Source of the DNA: an uncultured Gammaproteobacteria bacterium
Lineage (GTDB): Bacteria > Pseudomonadota > Gammaproteobacteria > Magnimaribacterales > D2472
Reading direction: 5' to 3'
NCBI GenBank assembly: GCA_964014565.1
Contig: CAXGZN010000002.1
Span: 1-45,865 of the forward strand
DNA: 45,865 nucleotides
The notes under the pieces are model-generated. The model did not search any database and was not told where the DNA came from. It was given only the letters and a program-made list of their open reading frames with translations. A program made the position numbers and the translations under genes. This document shows positions 1-10,378 of the stretch, in pieces. How positions within the stretch are numbered: position 1 is the first letter of the stretch; each line of letters starts with the position of its first letter.

Positions 1-71
<71 letters not shown>

Positions 72-78
72 AATTAAA

Positions 79-103
79 TTGGAAGGAGCATTTTACCCTC
101 CAA
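79..103 (-). terminator. Stem-loop between the membrane-protein gene stop and the tRNA-Ile 5' end (terminator-like or processing hairpin)
   Basis: Minus-strand RNA UUGGAGGG-UAAAAUGCU-CCUUCCAA forms 8 bp including one G-U and is followed by UUUAAUU. On the plus strand the same position is an A-C mismatch, so the structure fits the minus-strand transcript. It ends only 8 nt before the tRNA. Confidence 0.3.
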
Positions 104-123
104 ATGCAATCACAACAATACGT

Positions 124-798
124 TTAGCTCTTTATAGATTTATATAAACTAAAGTAGATGTACATCCAAGGAAGAATGCAAATATATTCAACAACCCCTG
201 CCCCAATGGTTCCAGCAACTGGGTTGCCATCGAATATTACACCTGACATTAATGAGCCAGCCACAAGTGTAAGTACAAAAAATACAAAAGTTAAAAAGAA
301 AAGGGTTGTTCCGTGTTCATCGGTTGCTTCCCATGAAGATCTGAGAGAATCCATAACGCCCTTATCTTCAAACATAATATATGCTGGAAAAAGGTAAACA
401 CGCCCCATAAAATAAAAGGCAGGAAGTATTAAAAGGATTGCTCCCAAGCCAATCAATAAGGATGAAAGAATAGTTGCTCCAAGCAATGGAAAGAATTTCT
501 TAAACCCAGCAGATAATGCATTTATTGGATTAGAGGCCTCTTGCGACATAATTGATTGATAAGCAACCATCAATCCACCAGTAAGAGATACACTGAGCAC
601 AATAGCAATAAGTGAAACTATCATAATGCTCGCTACATTTCCGGACATATACTCGTTTATATCCATTGGATCCATTCCATCAATAGGTATTAATAAATAT
701 GCGACTAGCATTTCACTTACCATTACTGGTAAAACTAGTAAAAATAGGTATTGAAAGTTTTTAAGCGCAAATTCCCATGCTGCAATGAATTGATTCAT
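124..798 (-). CDS. Polytopic inner-membrane protein of unknown function (YciC/UPF0259- or DUF975-like architecture)
   Basis: 224-aa ORF with about 5-6 hydrophobic helices. The overall layout resembles E. coli YciC as recalled. No catalytic motif recognised. Confidence 0.55.
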   Translation of the reverse strand: MNQFIAAWEFALKNFQYLFLLVLPVMVSEMLVAYLLIPIDGMDPMDINEYMSGNVASIMIVSLIAIVLSVSLTGGLMVAYQSIMSQEASNPINALSAGFKKFFPLLGATILSSLLIGLGAILLILPAFYFMGRVYLFPAYIMFEDKGVMDSLRSSWEATDEHGTTLFFLTFVFFVLTLVAGSLMSGVIFDGNPVAGTIGAGVVEYICILPWMYIYFSLYKSIKS

Positions 799-835
799 GT
801 TTTTACCTCTAATTTATTGATAAGATATTGTATAC

Positions 836-2944
836 ATGAAACTATCCCGTATCTACTTTATAACCCTTATTTTTGTAGCAGGTTGCTCAAATATGAATAA
901 TGATGAAAATTACCCAGAATCTAGGAAAGATGGCACTGTTGAGGAGATCTTCGGAGTAACAGTTGAGGACCAATATAGGTGGCTTGAGGACTTTACATCG
1001 CCTGAATCTGCCGCTTGGGAGCAAAATCAGAACAAATTTACTGAAAAATACCTCAAAAAAGGCCCTTTTACTCGAAATATTGGCAAAGATTTAGAAAAAG
1101 TATGGGATGGAGAGTCAATTAGTACTCCATATGTACAAAATGATCGAATTTTTTACTATTTTAATGAGGGTGATTGGCAACATAGCAAATTAATGATGAA
1201 AGACTGCCTTGAAGAATGTGAGGCAGAAGTATTAATTGATCCAAATTCATTTTCAGATGACGGAACATTCTCTTTGGGAGGAACCAGCATTAGTCCAGAT
1301 GGAAAATGGATCGCATATTCAATTTCGGATGGAGGATCAGATTGGCGCATTTGGAAAATTATGAACATAAAAACTCGAGAGCTTTTAGAGGAAACAATTA
1401 ATTGGTCAAAGTTTTCTGGAGCCGTTTGGGAAAAAAATAATTCGGGTTTTTATTATCAAAAATATTCTGAACCAACAGATGAGTTGCTAGCAGATATAAA
1501 TGAACAACCAAAATTAATGTTTCATAAATTAGGTACATCACAAGATGAAGATGAACTAATTTATGAAAATCCTGAACAACCAAGATGGGGTTGGTCGATT
1601 TCGATTTCCGAAAATAATGCTCATAAAATTCTTTCGATCAGTGATGGGACAGAAGAAAAAAATAGAATCTATATTAAATCTAATGATTCTGAAAATTTCA
1701 TTCCAGTCATCGATGAGCTGATTGGTGAGTATGGATATATAACAAGCAAAGATGATGTTCTATTTTTCTACTCAACAGAAAATGCTCCTAATGGAAAAGT
1801 TTCAGCGTTGACAATTAAAAACGGATCTTACGTTTGGAATGACGTAATTAGTGAATCTGATTTTGCAATTCGTTCCGTCAATATAGTCAATGAAAAAATA
1901 GTTATTAATTATCTGGTAGATACCATTTCAAAAATCAAATTCTTTGATATGAATGGAAATCAACTGAATGATTTCAATTTTGAGCTTGCTGGAACCATAG
2001 GTGGATTTGGTGGCGGCATAGATGACAAAGAAACTTACTTTAATTTTTCTAACTATGTTACACCGACAAAAATCTATAAGATAAATATGGAAGATTTTTC
2101 TTATGATATTTTTTGGGAAGAACGTCTAGCAGATCATAATGTAGATGATTATGAGACAAAATTATGGTTTTATGAATCAAAAGATGGAACAAGAATACCA
2201 CTGCATATCAGTAGTTTAAGTAATATAAATGTCGATGAAAATACACCAGTGTTGCTTTATGGATATGGAGGTTTTGATATCTCAATTCTTCCTGGTTTTA
2301 GTAAAAGATTTCTATCTTGGATGAATCAAGGTGGCGTAGTTGCAGTTGCAAGTTTGCGAGGTGGATCTGAGTATGGAGCAAAATGGCATGAAGATGGGAT
2401 GCTCTTCAATAAGCAAAATGTCTTTGATGATTTTGCCTATGCTGCAAAATTTTTACATGCAACTGGAATTGGTTCTCCAGAGACAACTGCAATTGAGGGA
2501 AGGTCTAATGGTGGACTTTTAGTTGGAGCAACTATGCTTCAAAATCCTGAATTATTCAAAGTGGCTTTACCAGGAGTTGGGGTTATGGACATGCTCAGAT
2601 TTCACAAGTTTACAATTGGGTGGGCATGGACAAGTGACTATGGATCACCAGATGAAAAAGATGCTTTTTTAAATTTGTATGAGTATTCGCCCTATCACAA
2701 TATTCAAGATGGAGTATGTTATCCAACTACTTTAGTTTTTACTTCAAATAGAGATGATCGTGTTGTGCCATCTCACTCATATAAATTTGCAGCTCGTCTC
2801 CAAGAAGCTCAAGGTTGTGAAAATAAAATTCTAATTAGAATTGAAGATCGAGCTGGACATGGTGCAGGGACTCCTCGATCAAAACAGATTGAAGCAATAT
2901 CTGAAATATATGGATTTGCTCTAAATGAAATTTCTAAGAAATAA
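836..2944 (+). CDS. Prolyl oligopeptidase (S9A prolyl endopeptidase), lipoprotein/secreted form
   Basis: 702 aa. N-terminal lipobox-like LIFVAGCS. Beta-propeller region followed by an alpha/beta domain with the nucleophile motif GRSNGGLLVG, then a downstream RDDRVVP Asp and RAGHGAG His. Confidence 0.9.
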   Translation: MKLSRIYFITLIFVAGCSNMNNDENYPESRKDGTVEEIFGVTVEDQYRWLEDFTSPESAAWEQNQNKFTEKYLKKGPFTRNIGKDLEKVWDGESISTPYVQNDRIFYYFNEGDWQHSKLMMKDCLEECEAEVLIDPNSFSDDGTFSLGGTSISPDGKWIAYSISDGGSDWRIWKIMNIKTRELLEETINWSKFSGAVWEKNNSGFYYQKYSEPTDELLADINEQPKLMFHKLGTSQDEDELIYENPEQPRWGWSISISENNAHKILSISDGTEEKNRIYIKSNDSENFIPVIDELIGEYGYITSKDDVLFFYSTENAPNGKVSALTIKNGSYVWNDVISESDFAIRSVNIVNEKIVINYLVDTISKIKFFDMNGNQLNDFNFELAGTIGGFGGGIDDKETYFNFSNYVTPTKIYKINMEDFSYDIFWEERLADHNVDDYETKLWFYESKDGTRIPLHISSLSNINVDENTPVLLYGYGGFDISILPGFSKRFLSWMNQGGVVAVASLRGGSEYGAKWHEDGMLFNKQNVFDDFAYAAKFLHATGIGSPETTAIEGRSNGGLLVGATMLQNPELFKVALPGVGVMDMLRFHKFTIGWAWTSDYGSPDEKDAFLNLYEYSPYHNIQDGVCYPTTLVFTSNRDDRVVPSHSYKFAARLQEAQGCENKILIRIEDRAGHGAGTPRSKQIEAISEIYGFALNEISKK

Positions 2945-4129
2945 TTAGGTTTTAATTTTTAAAAATCTTCTCTTACCAACTTGGACAAGTAACTCTTGTT
3001 TTTTTTCAATGCTGAGTTTTGGGTCATCAATTTTTTCATCATTAATTTTTACTGCCCCTTGTTTAACTAAACGCATCGCTTCCGATGTGCTCTGAACTAG
3101 CCCAGATTCTTTAAGCAGGTTTCCAATCGCAATATCATCATCCAAAGAAATTGAGAACGTTTCTATATCTTTTGGCTTTGCCCCTTTTTGGAATCTATCA
3201 AGAAAAGTATTTTTTGCATTTTCAGCATCTTCTTTAGAATGAAATCGCTCAATTATCTCTTCAGCGAGCAAAATCTTAGTATCACGAGGGTTCATACCCG
3301 ATTTCACCTCTTTTTTTAGCTCATTTACCTCATTTATTGGCCTAAAACTCAATAATTCGAACCATCTCCACATCAAATCATCAGAAATTGACATAATTTT
3401 GCCGAACATTTCATCAGGATCCTCATTGATACCAACATAATTATCTAAAGATTTAGACATTTTATTAATTCCATCCAAGCCTTCTAAGATAGGAAGGGTT
3501 ATACAAACTTGAGGCTCTTGATCAAATGCCCTTTGCAGCTCTCTTCCCACAAGAAGATTAAATTTTTGGTCAGTTCCTCCCATTTCCACATCAGCATTTA
3601 AAGCGATTGAGTCATAGGCCTGAATTAAAGGATATAAAAACTCATGAATGGCAATTTGTTGATTTGCTTTGTAGCGTTTCGAAAAATCATCTCTTTCAAG
3701 CATACGACCTAAATTATATTTTGATGCAAGCCCAATAATTCCATCGGCACCTAAATCTTCACACCACTCAGAGTTAAATCTAATATCTGTTAAATCTTTA
3801 TTTAAGATCTTAAATACTTGATCCGAGTAAGTTTTAGCATTCTTTTCAAGCTCCTCTTTATCAAGCGCTGGACGCGTTTTGTTTTTGCCAGAGGGGTCTC
3901 CTATTCTTCCAGTGAAATCTCCGATTAAAAAAACTACCTTATGACCGAGATCTTGGAAGTGCCTCATCTTGTTTAAGATCACAGTATGACCAAGGTGAAG
4001 ATCGGGTGCAGTTGGATCAAATCCAACTTTAACAGTTAGTTGTTTTTTAGATTTAAGTTTTGAAACAAGGTCGTCTTCAGTTAAGACTTCATCGATACCT
4101 CGCTTTATTAATTCAAGAGATTCTTTCAT
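2945..4129 (-). CDS. tyrS: Tyrosine--tRNA ligase
   Basis: 394 aa. Class I signatures HLGH (PDLHLGHTV) and KMSKS ([10 protein letters not shown]), plus a C-terminal S4-like domain. Confidence 0.95.
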   Translation of the reverse strand: MKESLELIKRGIDEVLTEDDLVSKLKSKKQLTVKVGFDPTAPDLHLGHTVILNKMRHFQDLGHKVVFLIGDFTGRIGDPSGKNKTRPALDKEELEKNAKTYSDQVFKILNKDLTDIRFNSEWCEDLGADGIIGLASKYNLGRMLERDDFSKRYKANQQIAIHEFLYPLIQAYDSIALNADVEMGGTDQKFNLLVGRELQRAFDQEPQVCITLPILEGLDGINKMSKSLDNYVGINEDPDEMFGKIMSISDDLMWRWFELLSFRPINEVNELKKEVKSGMNPRDTKILLAEEIIERFHSKEDAENAKNTFLDRFQKGAKPKDIETFSISLDDDIAIGNLLKESGLVQSTSEAMRLVKQGAVKINDEKIDDPKLSIEKKQELLVQVGKRRFLKIKT

Positions 4130-4164
4130 AAAAATTTTTCTCCATCATAGTATAAAATAACTTT

Positions 4165-7100
4165 ATGAAAGATTTCACAAAATTCCATTCAGATAAGGAA
4201 ATTGCTAAATATTTAATAAGCGAATTTGATAACTCTAAAGAGAAAGAAATCTTTTCAGCAACAAAAAAAATAATCACTGAATGTAGGAAAAATAAGTCAG
4301 GCAGAACGCTACTAGATAAATTCCTTAGCGAGTATGGTTTAACAAATGACGAGGGCGTTGCCTTAATGTGTCTTGCTGAATCTGTTCTAAGAATCCCAGA
4401 TAACAACACAAAAGATGAACTAATATCTGAAAAGATTACAAATTCAAATTGGGTAGATCATATTAATCAGGCAGATAGCTTATTCGTTAATGCAGCTACT
4501 TGGGGCTTACTAATTGCAGGTAAAGTTATTCAGCCTCCAAGAGCATTATTTGACAATCCACTAGAGTGGATAGGCAAACTCACACAAAAAACTGGAGAGA
4601 CTTCTGTGCGGCAAGCAATCATGACTGCAATGCAGATCTTGAGCAAAGAATTTGTAATGGGAAATGATTTTGATTCTGTTATCAAAAGTTCAGATCTGAA
4701 AAAGTCCATCCACAGCTTTGATATGCTTGGTGAAGCTGCAAGAACTAAATCACAAGCAGAAGGTTTCTATAATTCTTATGTTGAGGCGATTGAAAGGGTT
4801 GCTAAACTTAATAGAGAGTTTGGAATCAATCATGGAGTATCAATAAAGCTTTCAGCGCTTCATCCGAGATACGAAACTCTCAAATATGAATTAACAAAAA
4901 AAGAGATCCTCAACTCAATCCTAAGCCTAGTTAACCTCGCATATCAAAATGATGTAGAGATAACAATTGATGCTGAAGAACAACACAGGCTCTCTATAAG
5001 TCAAGATTTGATTGAAGAAGTTGCTATGAGTAAAAGAATAAAGGATTGGAATGGATTGGGTTTTGCTATTCAAGCTTATGGGAAGAGAGCATCAAATGTT
5101 GTCAATTGGGCGAATGAGTTGTGCTCTAAAAGAGAAAAAATGCATGTCAGGCTGACGAAAGGCGCTTATTGGGATGGAGAAATAAAATTCTCTCAAGCCG
5201 GAGGTCATGAGGGGTTCCCAGTCCTTGTTAATAAAAGTCTTACTGACCTTAACTATTTATTTATTGCCTCAAAACTTCTTGGCTCAGATAATCTGAAGCC
5301 TAAGTTTGCTACTCATAATGCTCATTCTGTAGCCTCGATTTACTTTATGGCCGAAGAGAAAGAATATGAATTCCAAAGACTTTTTGGAATGGGAGAGCTA
5401 CTTTATAAGTCTGCAGATAAGGTTCTAGGAGGAATACCTTCCGCTGGAATATATGCACCCATTGGTCCATATAAAGATCTGCTCCCATATTTAGTAAGAA
5501 GACTGCTTGAAAATGGTGCTAACAGCTCATTTGTGAATAACTTACTTAATCCAGAAGTGAGTCCAGATGATTTAGCAGAAGATCCAGTTAAATCTGTAAA
5601 AAAAGCTATTGATAAACTTCAACATGAAAAAATCGTAAACCCATCAGATATCTTTTCTCCAAGAGTTAATTCATCTGGATATGACTTAAGCGAACCTAAG
5701 AATCTGCTTGACTTAAAATCTGACCTTTTGAAATTTGATAATTTAAAAGTTGAGGCAAAAAACTTTTGTAGCGAAATTAATGAATCTAAAAATGAGAAAC
5801 GATACTCAATAGCCAATGGAAATGAGATTGGGGATTGTTCTTTTGCAGATATAACAAATGAATTAAATTTCCAACAATGCACTGAATGGAAAAATACTCC
5901 TGTGAGCGAGAGAGCAGATATCTTTTATAGAATTGCTGATAATTTAGAGAAAGATTCTACAAAATTCTTGTATTACTTAATTCATGAAGCCGGGAAAACA
6001 TATAAAGATTCCTATGATGAAATTAGGGAGGCAGTCGATTTTCTTAGATATTATGCAGATAATGCTAAAAGTCTTTTAAGCGAACCCAACAACCTCAATG
6101 GTCCAACAGGTGAATCTAATCAGCTTTTCTACCAATCAAAAGGTACTTTTGTATGCATCAGCCCATGGAATTTCCCGCTTGCCATTTTTGCAGGCCAAAT
6201 AGCCGCGGCTCTTGTAACAGGGAATTCAGTTATATCAAAGCCGTCTGAGCATACTCCAATAATTGCGACGATGATGATTGAGCTTTTTTATAAAAATGGT
6301 GTGCCAAAATCTGCTTTAAAATTAATTCAGGGAGATGGCTCAATAGGTTCAAAACTAATTTCATTTGATCACATTTCTGGAGTTGCCTTTACGGGGTCCT
6401 CAGCAACTGCAAAGAAAATTAATCTCCAGTTGGCTAAAAAAGATGGCCCCATCTCTTCTTTAATTGCTGAAACTGGTGGCCTTAATGCAATGTTTATAGA
6501 TTCCAGCTCTCTTCATGAGCAGGTTGTCGATGACATAATGCGATCTTCCTTTAATAGTGCTGGGCAAAGATGTTCTGCTTTGAGATTAGCAATTATTCAT
6601 GAGAGTATTTTTGATGATCTGGTAGAGATGATTAAAGATGCAATGGCTGAACTTACCGTTGGTAATCCCGAAGACTTCCACTGTGATGTGGGTCCAATTA
6701 TCGATGAAAGATCAAGAAATATGCTTCTTGAATATATTTCAGAATGTTCAAACAATGGATATCAAGTTTTTAGTCATAATCAAGCTCCTGATGGTAATTT
6801 TGTTTCGCCAACCTTAATTGAATTAGATTCGATTGATGATATAAATGAAGAAAAGTTTGGGCCGATACTTCATGTCATCAAATACAAAACCGATGAGCTT
6901 GATCAAATTCTAAATGCTCTTAAGAATAAACAATATGGTTTAACCATGGGTGTCCATTCTAGAATTGAATCAAAGGCAGATGACATCATAAACAAGTCTA
7001 TTGCTGGAAATACTTATATTAATAGAGATATCGTGGGTGCTGTTGTCGGCTCTCAACCATTCGGAGGAACGGGTTTATCAGGGACTGGATTTAAGGCTGG

Positions 7101-7200
7101 TGGCCCAAACTACTTACTCCAATTTGTTGATGAGAGATCGATAACTAAAAATACAGTTGCTTTTGGTGGCAATGCCGAAATACTCAATTTAGAAGACTGA
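4165..7200 (+). CDS. putA: Bifunctional proline dehydrogenase / L-glutamate-gamma-semialdehyde (P5C) dehydrogenase PutA, without an N-terminal DNA-binding domain
   Basis: 1011 aa. PRODH signatures LRIPD and FDMLGEAART. The C-terminal ALDH domain has ETGGLNAMFIDSS and the catalytic-Cys motif GQRCSALR. Confidence 0.93.
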   Translation: MKDFTKFHSDKEIAKYLISEFDNSKEKEIFSATKKIITECRKNKSGRTLLDKFLSEYGLTNDEGVALMCLAESVLRIPDNNTKDELISEKITNSNWVDHINQADSLFVNAATWGLLIAGKVIQPPRALFDNPLEWIGKLTQKTGETSVRQAIMTAMQILSKEFVMGNDFDSVIKSSDLKKSIHSFDMLGEAARTKSQAEGFYNSYVEAIERVAKLNREFGINHGVSIKLSALHPRYETLKYELTKKEILNSILSLVNLAYQNDVEITIDAEEQHRLSISQDLIEEVAMSKRIKDWNGLGFAIQAYGKRASNVVNWANELCSKREKMHVRLTKGAYWDGEIKFSQAGGHEGFPVLVNKSLTDLNYLFIASKLLGSDNLKPKFATHNAHSVASIYFMAEEKEYEFQRLFGMGELLYKSADKVLGGIPSAGIYAPIGPYKDLLPYLVRRLLENGANSSFVNNLLNPEVSPDDLAEDPVKSVKKAIDKLQHEKIVNPSDIFSPRVNSSGYDLSEPKNLLDLKSDLLKFDNLKVEAKNFCSEINESKNEKRYSIANGNEIGDCSFADITNELNFQQCTEWKNTPVSERADIFYRIADNLEKDSTKFLYYLIHEAGKTYKDSYDEIREAVDFLRYYADNAKSLLSEPNNLNGPTGESNQLFYQSKGTFVCISPWNFPLAIFAGQIAAALVTGNSVISKPSEHTPIIATMMIELFYKNGVPKSALKLIQGDGSIGSKLISFDHISGVAFTGSSATAKKINLQLAKKDGPISSLIAETGGLNAMFIDSSSLHEQVVDDIMRSSFNSAGQRCSALRLAIIHESIFDDLVEMIKDAMAELTVGNPEDFHCDVGPIIDERSRNMLLEYISECSNNGYQVFSHNQAPDGNFVSPTLIELDSIDDINEEKFGPILHVIKYKTDELDQILNALKNKQYGLTMGVHSRIESKADDIINKSIAGNTYINRDIVGAVVGSQPFGGTGLSGTGFKAGGPNYLLQFVDERSITKNTVAFGGNAEILNLED

Positions 7201-8456
7201 TGATTGAATACAAAAGAATATCATTTAAGTATGTTGTGTTGGCATTTCTAATTGCAGCCTTTTTAATTATTCTTCTAAGCGTCGATCGCAAGAATAATGA
7301 AGCTCCACCAATTGAAGATGTATTTATTGAAGAGCTTTTTAAACCTGAACTCGAAAGAGTGGAAACATCTGCGATCCACGAAGTGAAAGATGGAGAAAAT
7401 TTATCAATTATTTTTGAAGACTATAGAGTGCCTTTAAATACTGTTTATAAAATTCTTAAGCTTGATAGAAGTAATGAGCTAAGAAATATTAGACCTGGTG
7501 ATGAAATTAAGTTTTCTTTCCTTAATGATGAGATAAATAGAATTGAAATCAAAAAAGATATCTTGAATAGCATAAGGGTTGATATAGGAGAAGATATTTC
7601 AATTGAAAAGATTGTAAAAGAAGTTGAAAAACTTAAATCAATTAGCACGGGAGAGATTCAAAGCTCTTTTTATGAGTCTGGTCTAAAAGCAAATATGCCG
7701 GACAGTATTATTATGGACTTCGCTTTTATTTTTGGCTGGGATATTGATTTCATATTTGATGTTCGAAATGGAGATACTTTTTCAGTTATTTATGAAACTG
7801 ACTATTCGGAAGGAGAAAAGATTTCTAGCGGCGACATAATTTTCGCTGAATTCATTAATAATGGTCAGAGATATACTGCCCAGAGATATTTTGATGATGA
7901 GCTTGGAAAGCAATATTTTGATGAAAATGGTAAGAATGTAAAAAAAGCTTTTTTAAGAGCGCCATTAGATTTTGCTTATATTAGTTCTCACTTCAATCCA
8001 AACAGGATGCATCCAATACTCCATAAAATTAAGGCACATAACGGAGTAGATTATGCAGCTAGAAGAAATACTCCAATTAAGGCCTCAGGCGAGGGTGTTA
8101 TTTCCTTTGCCGGATGGAAAAGTGGTTATGGAAGGACTTTAGAGATCCGTCATGGCGGAAATATATCAACTCTTTATGCCCACTTGGAAAAGTTTGAATC
8201 AAAAATAAAAGTCGGCACCAAAGTCTCTCAGGGTCAAATCATTGCTTTTGTGGGTGATTCTGGATTAGCAACTGCACCGCATCTACATTATGAATTTAGA
8301 ATTGGTGATAAAAGGACTGATCCAGTTAAAGTAGAACTACCATCAGCTAAGCCAATTGATCAGTCCAAGCTAGAGGGTTTCAAAGCTATTGTTCAAGAAA
8401 GTAAAGAGGCATTAAAAGTTTTTGACTTAGAAAGTAATGAAGTAGCTTATGAGTAA
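7200..8456 (+). CDS. Membrane-anchored M23 (LytM-type) murein endopeptidase with OapA/LysM-like domain (MepM/YebA-like)
   Basis: 418 aa. N-terminal TM helix. M23 metal motifs HNGVDYAA and APHLHYEF. Its start ATG overlaps the putA TGA by 1 nt. Confidence 0.88.
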   Translation: MIEYKRISFKYVVLAFLIAAFLIILLSVDRKNNEAPPIEDVFIEELFKPELERVETSAIHEVKDGENLSIIFEDYRVPLNTVYKILKLDRSNELRNIRPGDEIKFSFLNDEINRIEIKKDILNSIRVDIGEDISIEKIVKEVEKLKSISTGEIQSSFYESGLKANMPDSIIMDFAFIFGWDIDFIFDVRNGDTFSVIYETDYSEGEKISSGDIIFAEFINNGQRYTAQRYFDDELGKQYFDENGKNVKKAFLRAPLDFAYISSHFNPNRMHPILHKIKAHNGVDYAARRNTPIKASGEGVISFAGWKSGYGRTLEIRHGGNISTLYAHLEKFESKIKVGTKVSQGQIIAFVGDSGLATAPHLHYEFRIGDKRTDPVKVELPSAKPIDQSKLEGFKAIVQESKEALKVFDLESNEVAYE

Positions 8457-9459
8457 ATATTTTATTGGTTTAATGACCGGAACAAGCGCTGATTCAATTG
8501 ATGGGTGTGTGGTGGATTTCAGTAATGGATTTGAACTTATAAACTCAGAATCAAATAATCTTGAAAAAAACTATAAGTCAAAATATGAGGAAGCTATTAA
8601 AAAAGGCTTTAAGAAAAAAGAAGATGACGAAATTGTGCTTGAGCTTGAGGAGAGCTTAAATAAGAGCTCTGTGAAGCTAGTTAAAAACTTGTTAGATGAA
8701 ATTGATACATCTTTAATATCTGGAATAGGTTTTCCTGGACAAACTATGTTTCATGACACTGAGCGAAGCTATCAAATCGGATGCGCTCAATTTCTTGCTG
8801 ATGAAGTTGGAATTAAAGTAATTCATGATTTTAGAAACTATGACATGCAAAAAGGAGGTTTGGGTGCGCCGCTCGTTCCAGAATTCCATAAATATCTTTT
8901 TGCTGAATCAAACAAAAGAAAAGTTATTTTCAATATTGGAGGTATATCTAATGGTACTTACTTGGATGGAGAAGACATTAAAGTAGCTTCAGATGTTGGA
9001 CCTGGTAACTGTTTAATAGATTTAGTCGCAATGCGTGACTTTGGGATGCCGTATGATGAAGATGGAAACATTGCAGCTACAGGACAAATAGATCAAAAGC
9101 TTTTAAACAGCTTGCTTGATAAAATCCGCACTAAAAGCTATCCCAGAGCCGATGACAAATCTTTTTACTATAATCTTGATGAACTTAAATCAGATAAGCC
9201 TGAAAATCTATTGGCAACTCTAAGCGAGCTAACCGCCTTATGCATATCTGATTTTTGCCATTCTTGTGATATGCCTGGGGAGATATTGCTGCACGGCGGT
9301 GGTACCAAAAATAATTTCCTCATGGAAAGACTAGAGAATAATATTGGGTCATCTTTAAAATTTACAGACCGTTTAATACCTTCAAAATTTGTAGAATCTG
9401 CAGCTTTTGCTTATCTAGCTTATTTAAAAAGAGGTATCTTGGTTGAGCCTAGACGGTAA
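8449..9459 (+). CDS. anmK: Anhydro-N-acetylmuramic acid kinase
   Basis: 336 aa. The N-terminal GLMTGTSADSIDG matches the AnmK G-x-M-S-G-T-S-x-D-G-x-D signature. Conserved M23 peptidase-anmK/erpA neighbourhood. Somewhat shorter than the typical ~365 aa. Confidence 0.88.
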   Translation: MSKYFIGLMTGTSADSIDGCVVDFSNGFELINSESNNLEKNYKSKYEEAIKKGFKKKEDDEIVLELEESLNKSSVKLVKNLLDEIDTSLISGIGFPGQTMFHDTERSYQIGCAQFLADEVGIKVIHDFRNYDMQKGGLGAPLVPEFHKYLFAESNKRKVIFNIGGISNGTYLDGEDIKVASDVGPGNCLIDLVAMRDFGMPYDEDGNIAATGQIDQKLLNSLLDKIRTKSYPRADDKSFYYNLDELKSDKPENLLATLSELTALCISDFCHSCDMPGEILLHGGGTKNNFLMERLENNIGSSLKFTDRLIPSKFVESAAFAYLAYLKRGILVEPRR

Positions 9460-9781
9460 AAGATTCTCCACATCCGCATGTGGTCTTGGCGTTAGGGTTT
9501 TTAATAATAAATTTAGCGCCTGAGAGATCTTCAACATAGTCCAGCTCAGAGCCATACAAATATGGATATGAAAGAGAATCTAATAAAACTCTGAAATGGC
9601 CAAAATCAATTACATCATCATCAAAAGCTTCTTCTGAATCAAACTTAAAACCATATTGGAAGCCGGAGCAACCTCCTCCCGTGACATAAACGCGGAAAGC
9701 ATTTGATTCATATTCAGGAAGCAGATTCTGAATCCTTTTCTGCGCACTTTCTGTGACGTTGATAGATGTATTTTGTTCCAT
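9449..9781 (-). CDS. erpA: Iron-sulfur cluster insertion protein ErpA (A-type carrier)
   Basis: 110 aa. HesB/IscA fold with GGGCSGFQYGF and C-terminal CGCGESF. Overlaps the anmK 3' end by 11 nt (convergent). Confidence 0.9.
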   Translation of the reverse strand: MEQNTSINVTESAQKRIQNLLPEYESNAFRVYVTGGGCSGFQYGFKFDSEEAFDDDVIDFGHFRVLLDSLSYPYLYGSELDYVEDLSGAKFIIKNPNAKTTCGCGESFTV

Positions 9782-9832
9782 AGCGTTATCTTAATAAATT
9801 AATAGTATTGGTTTCAATAAAAACAATATCAC

Positions 9833-10354
9833 TTAATGAAATATATCTTTTGCAAAATCATCCACTTTTGACCAATCTGTAAATTCAAATGATTCATTAA
9901 TATCTGTTGGTCCATTTGTAATCCACATAATAAATCTAATCATATGTTTATCAAAAAACTTATACTTTGGATAATCAATTTTGCCCGCAAAAACGCCCAA
10001 TTTTTTGGGCTGCCAAGCTGATTGCTTCATAAATTTAATTAAATATGGATTTGTTTCTGGATCACATTTTTCTGGTTTTCTTGCTACTGCATTAACACTA
10101 AAAAAAGCATTCTCTTTTGAATCTAAAATACTTTTATATTTCTTAGAAAAACTAAAAAGATTTTTATTATGCTTTCCGTAGCGGATGCTTGCACCAACTA
10201 AGACTTTATCAGCACTCTTTATCTCAAGCTCTGAACAATCCTCGAGGCTGCTAATTGTGACTGATCCATTAATAGATAAGACTTCTGCAATTCGATTACA
10301 TATCGAAACAGTATGGCCATCAGTAGTTGAAAAAAGAATTAATATTTTATCCAT
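9833..10354 (-). CDS. hemG: Menaquinone-dependent protoporphyrinogen oxidase (flavodoxin-like HemG)
   Basis: 173 aa. Flavodoxin-like N-terminus ILILFSTTDGHT. Length and pattern match HemG. Confidence 0.85.
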   Translation of the reverse strand: MDKILILFSTTDGHTVSICNRIAEVLSINGSVTISSLEDCSELEIKSADKVLVGASIRYGKHNKNLFSFSKKYKSILDSKENAFFSVNAVARKPEKCDPETNPYLIKFMKQSAWQPKKLGVFAGKIDYPKYKFFDKHMIRFIMWITNGPTDINESFEFTDWSKVDDFAKDIFH

Positions 10355-10378
10355 TTCTATTCTGTTATATTTTATATC

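Noticed and set aside
158-397. 79-aa plus-strand ORF
   Set aside because: It is antisense within the 224-aa membrane-protein gene, whose hydrophobic periodicity supports the minus frame.
4113-4409. 98-aa minus-strand ORF spanning the tyrS/putA divergent gap
   Set aside because: It overlaps the conserved PutA N-terminus in antisense and the tyrS start, and shows no motif. It is an artefact of low stop-codon density.
10355-10378. Looked for a TPP riboswitch upstream of thiE, and a T-box or leader upstream of tyrS and ilvA
   Set aside because: The gaps are only 24, 35 and 13 nt, too short for any of these elements. No conserved riboswitch core sequence was seen.
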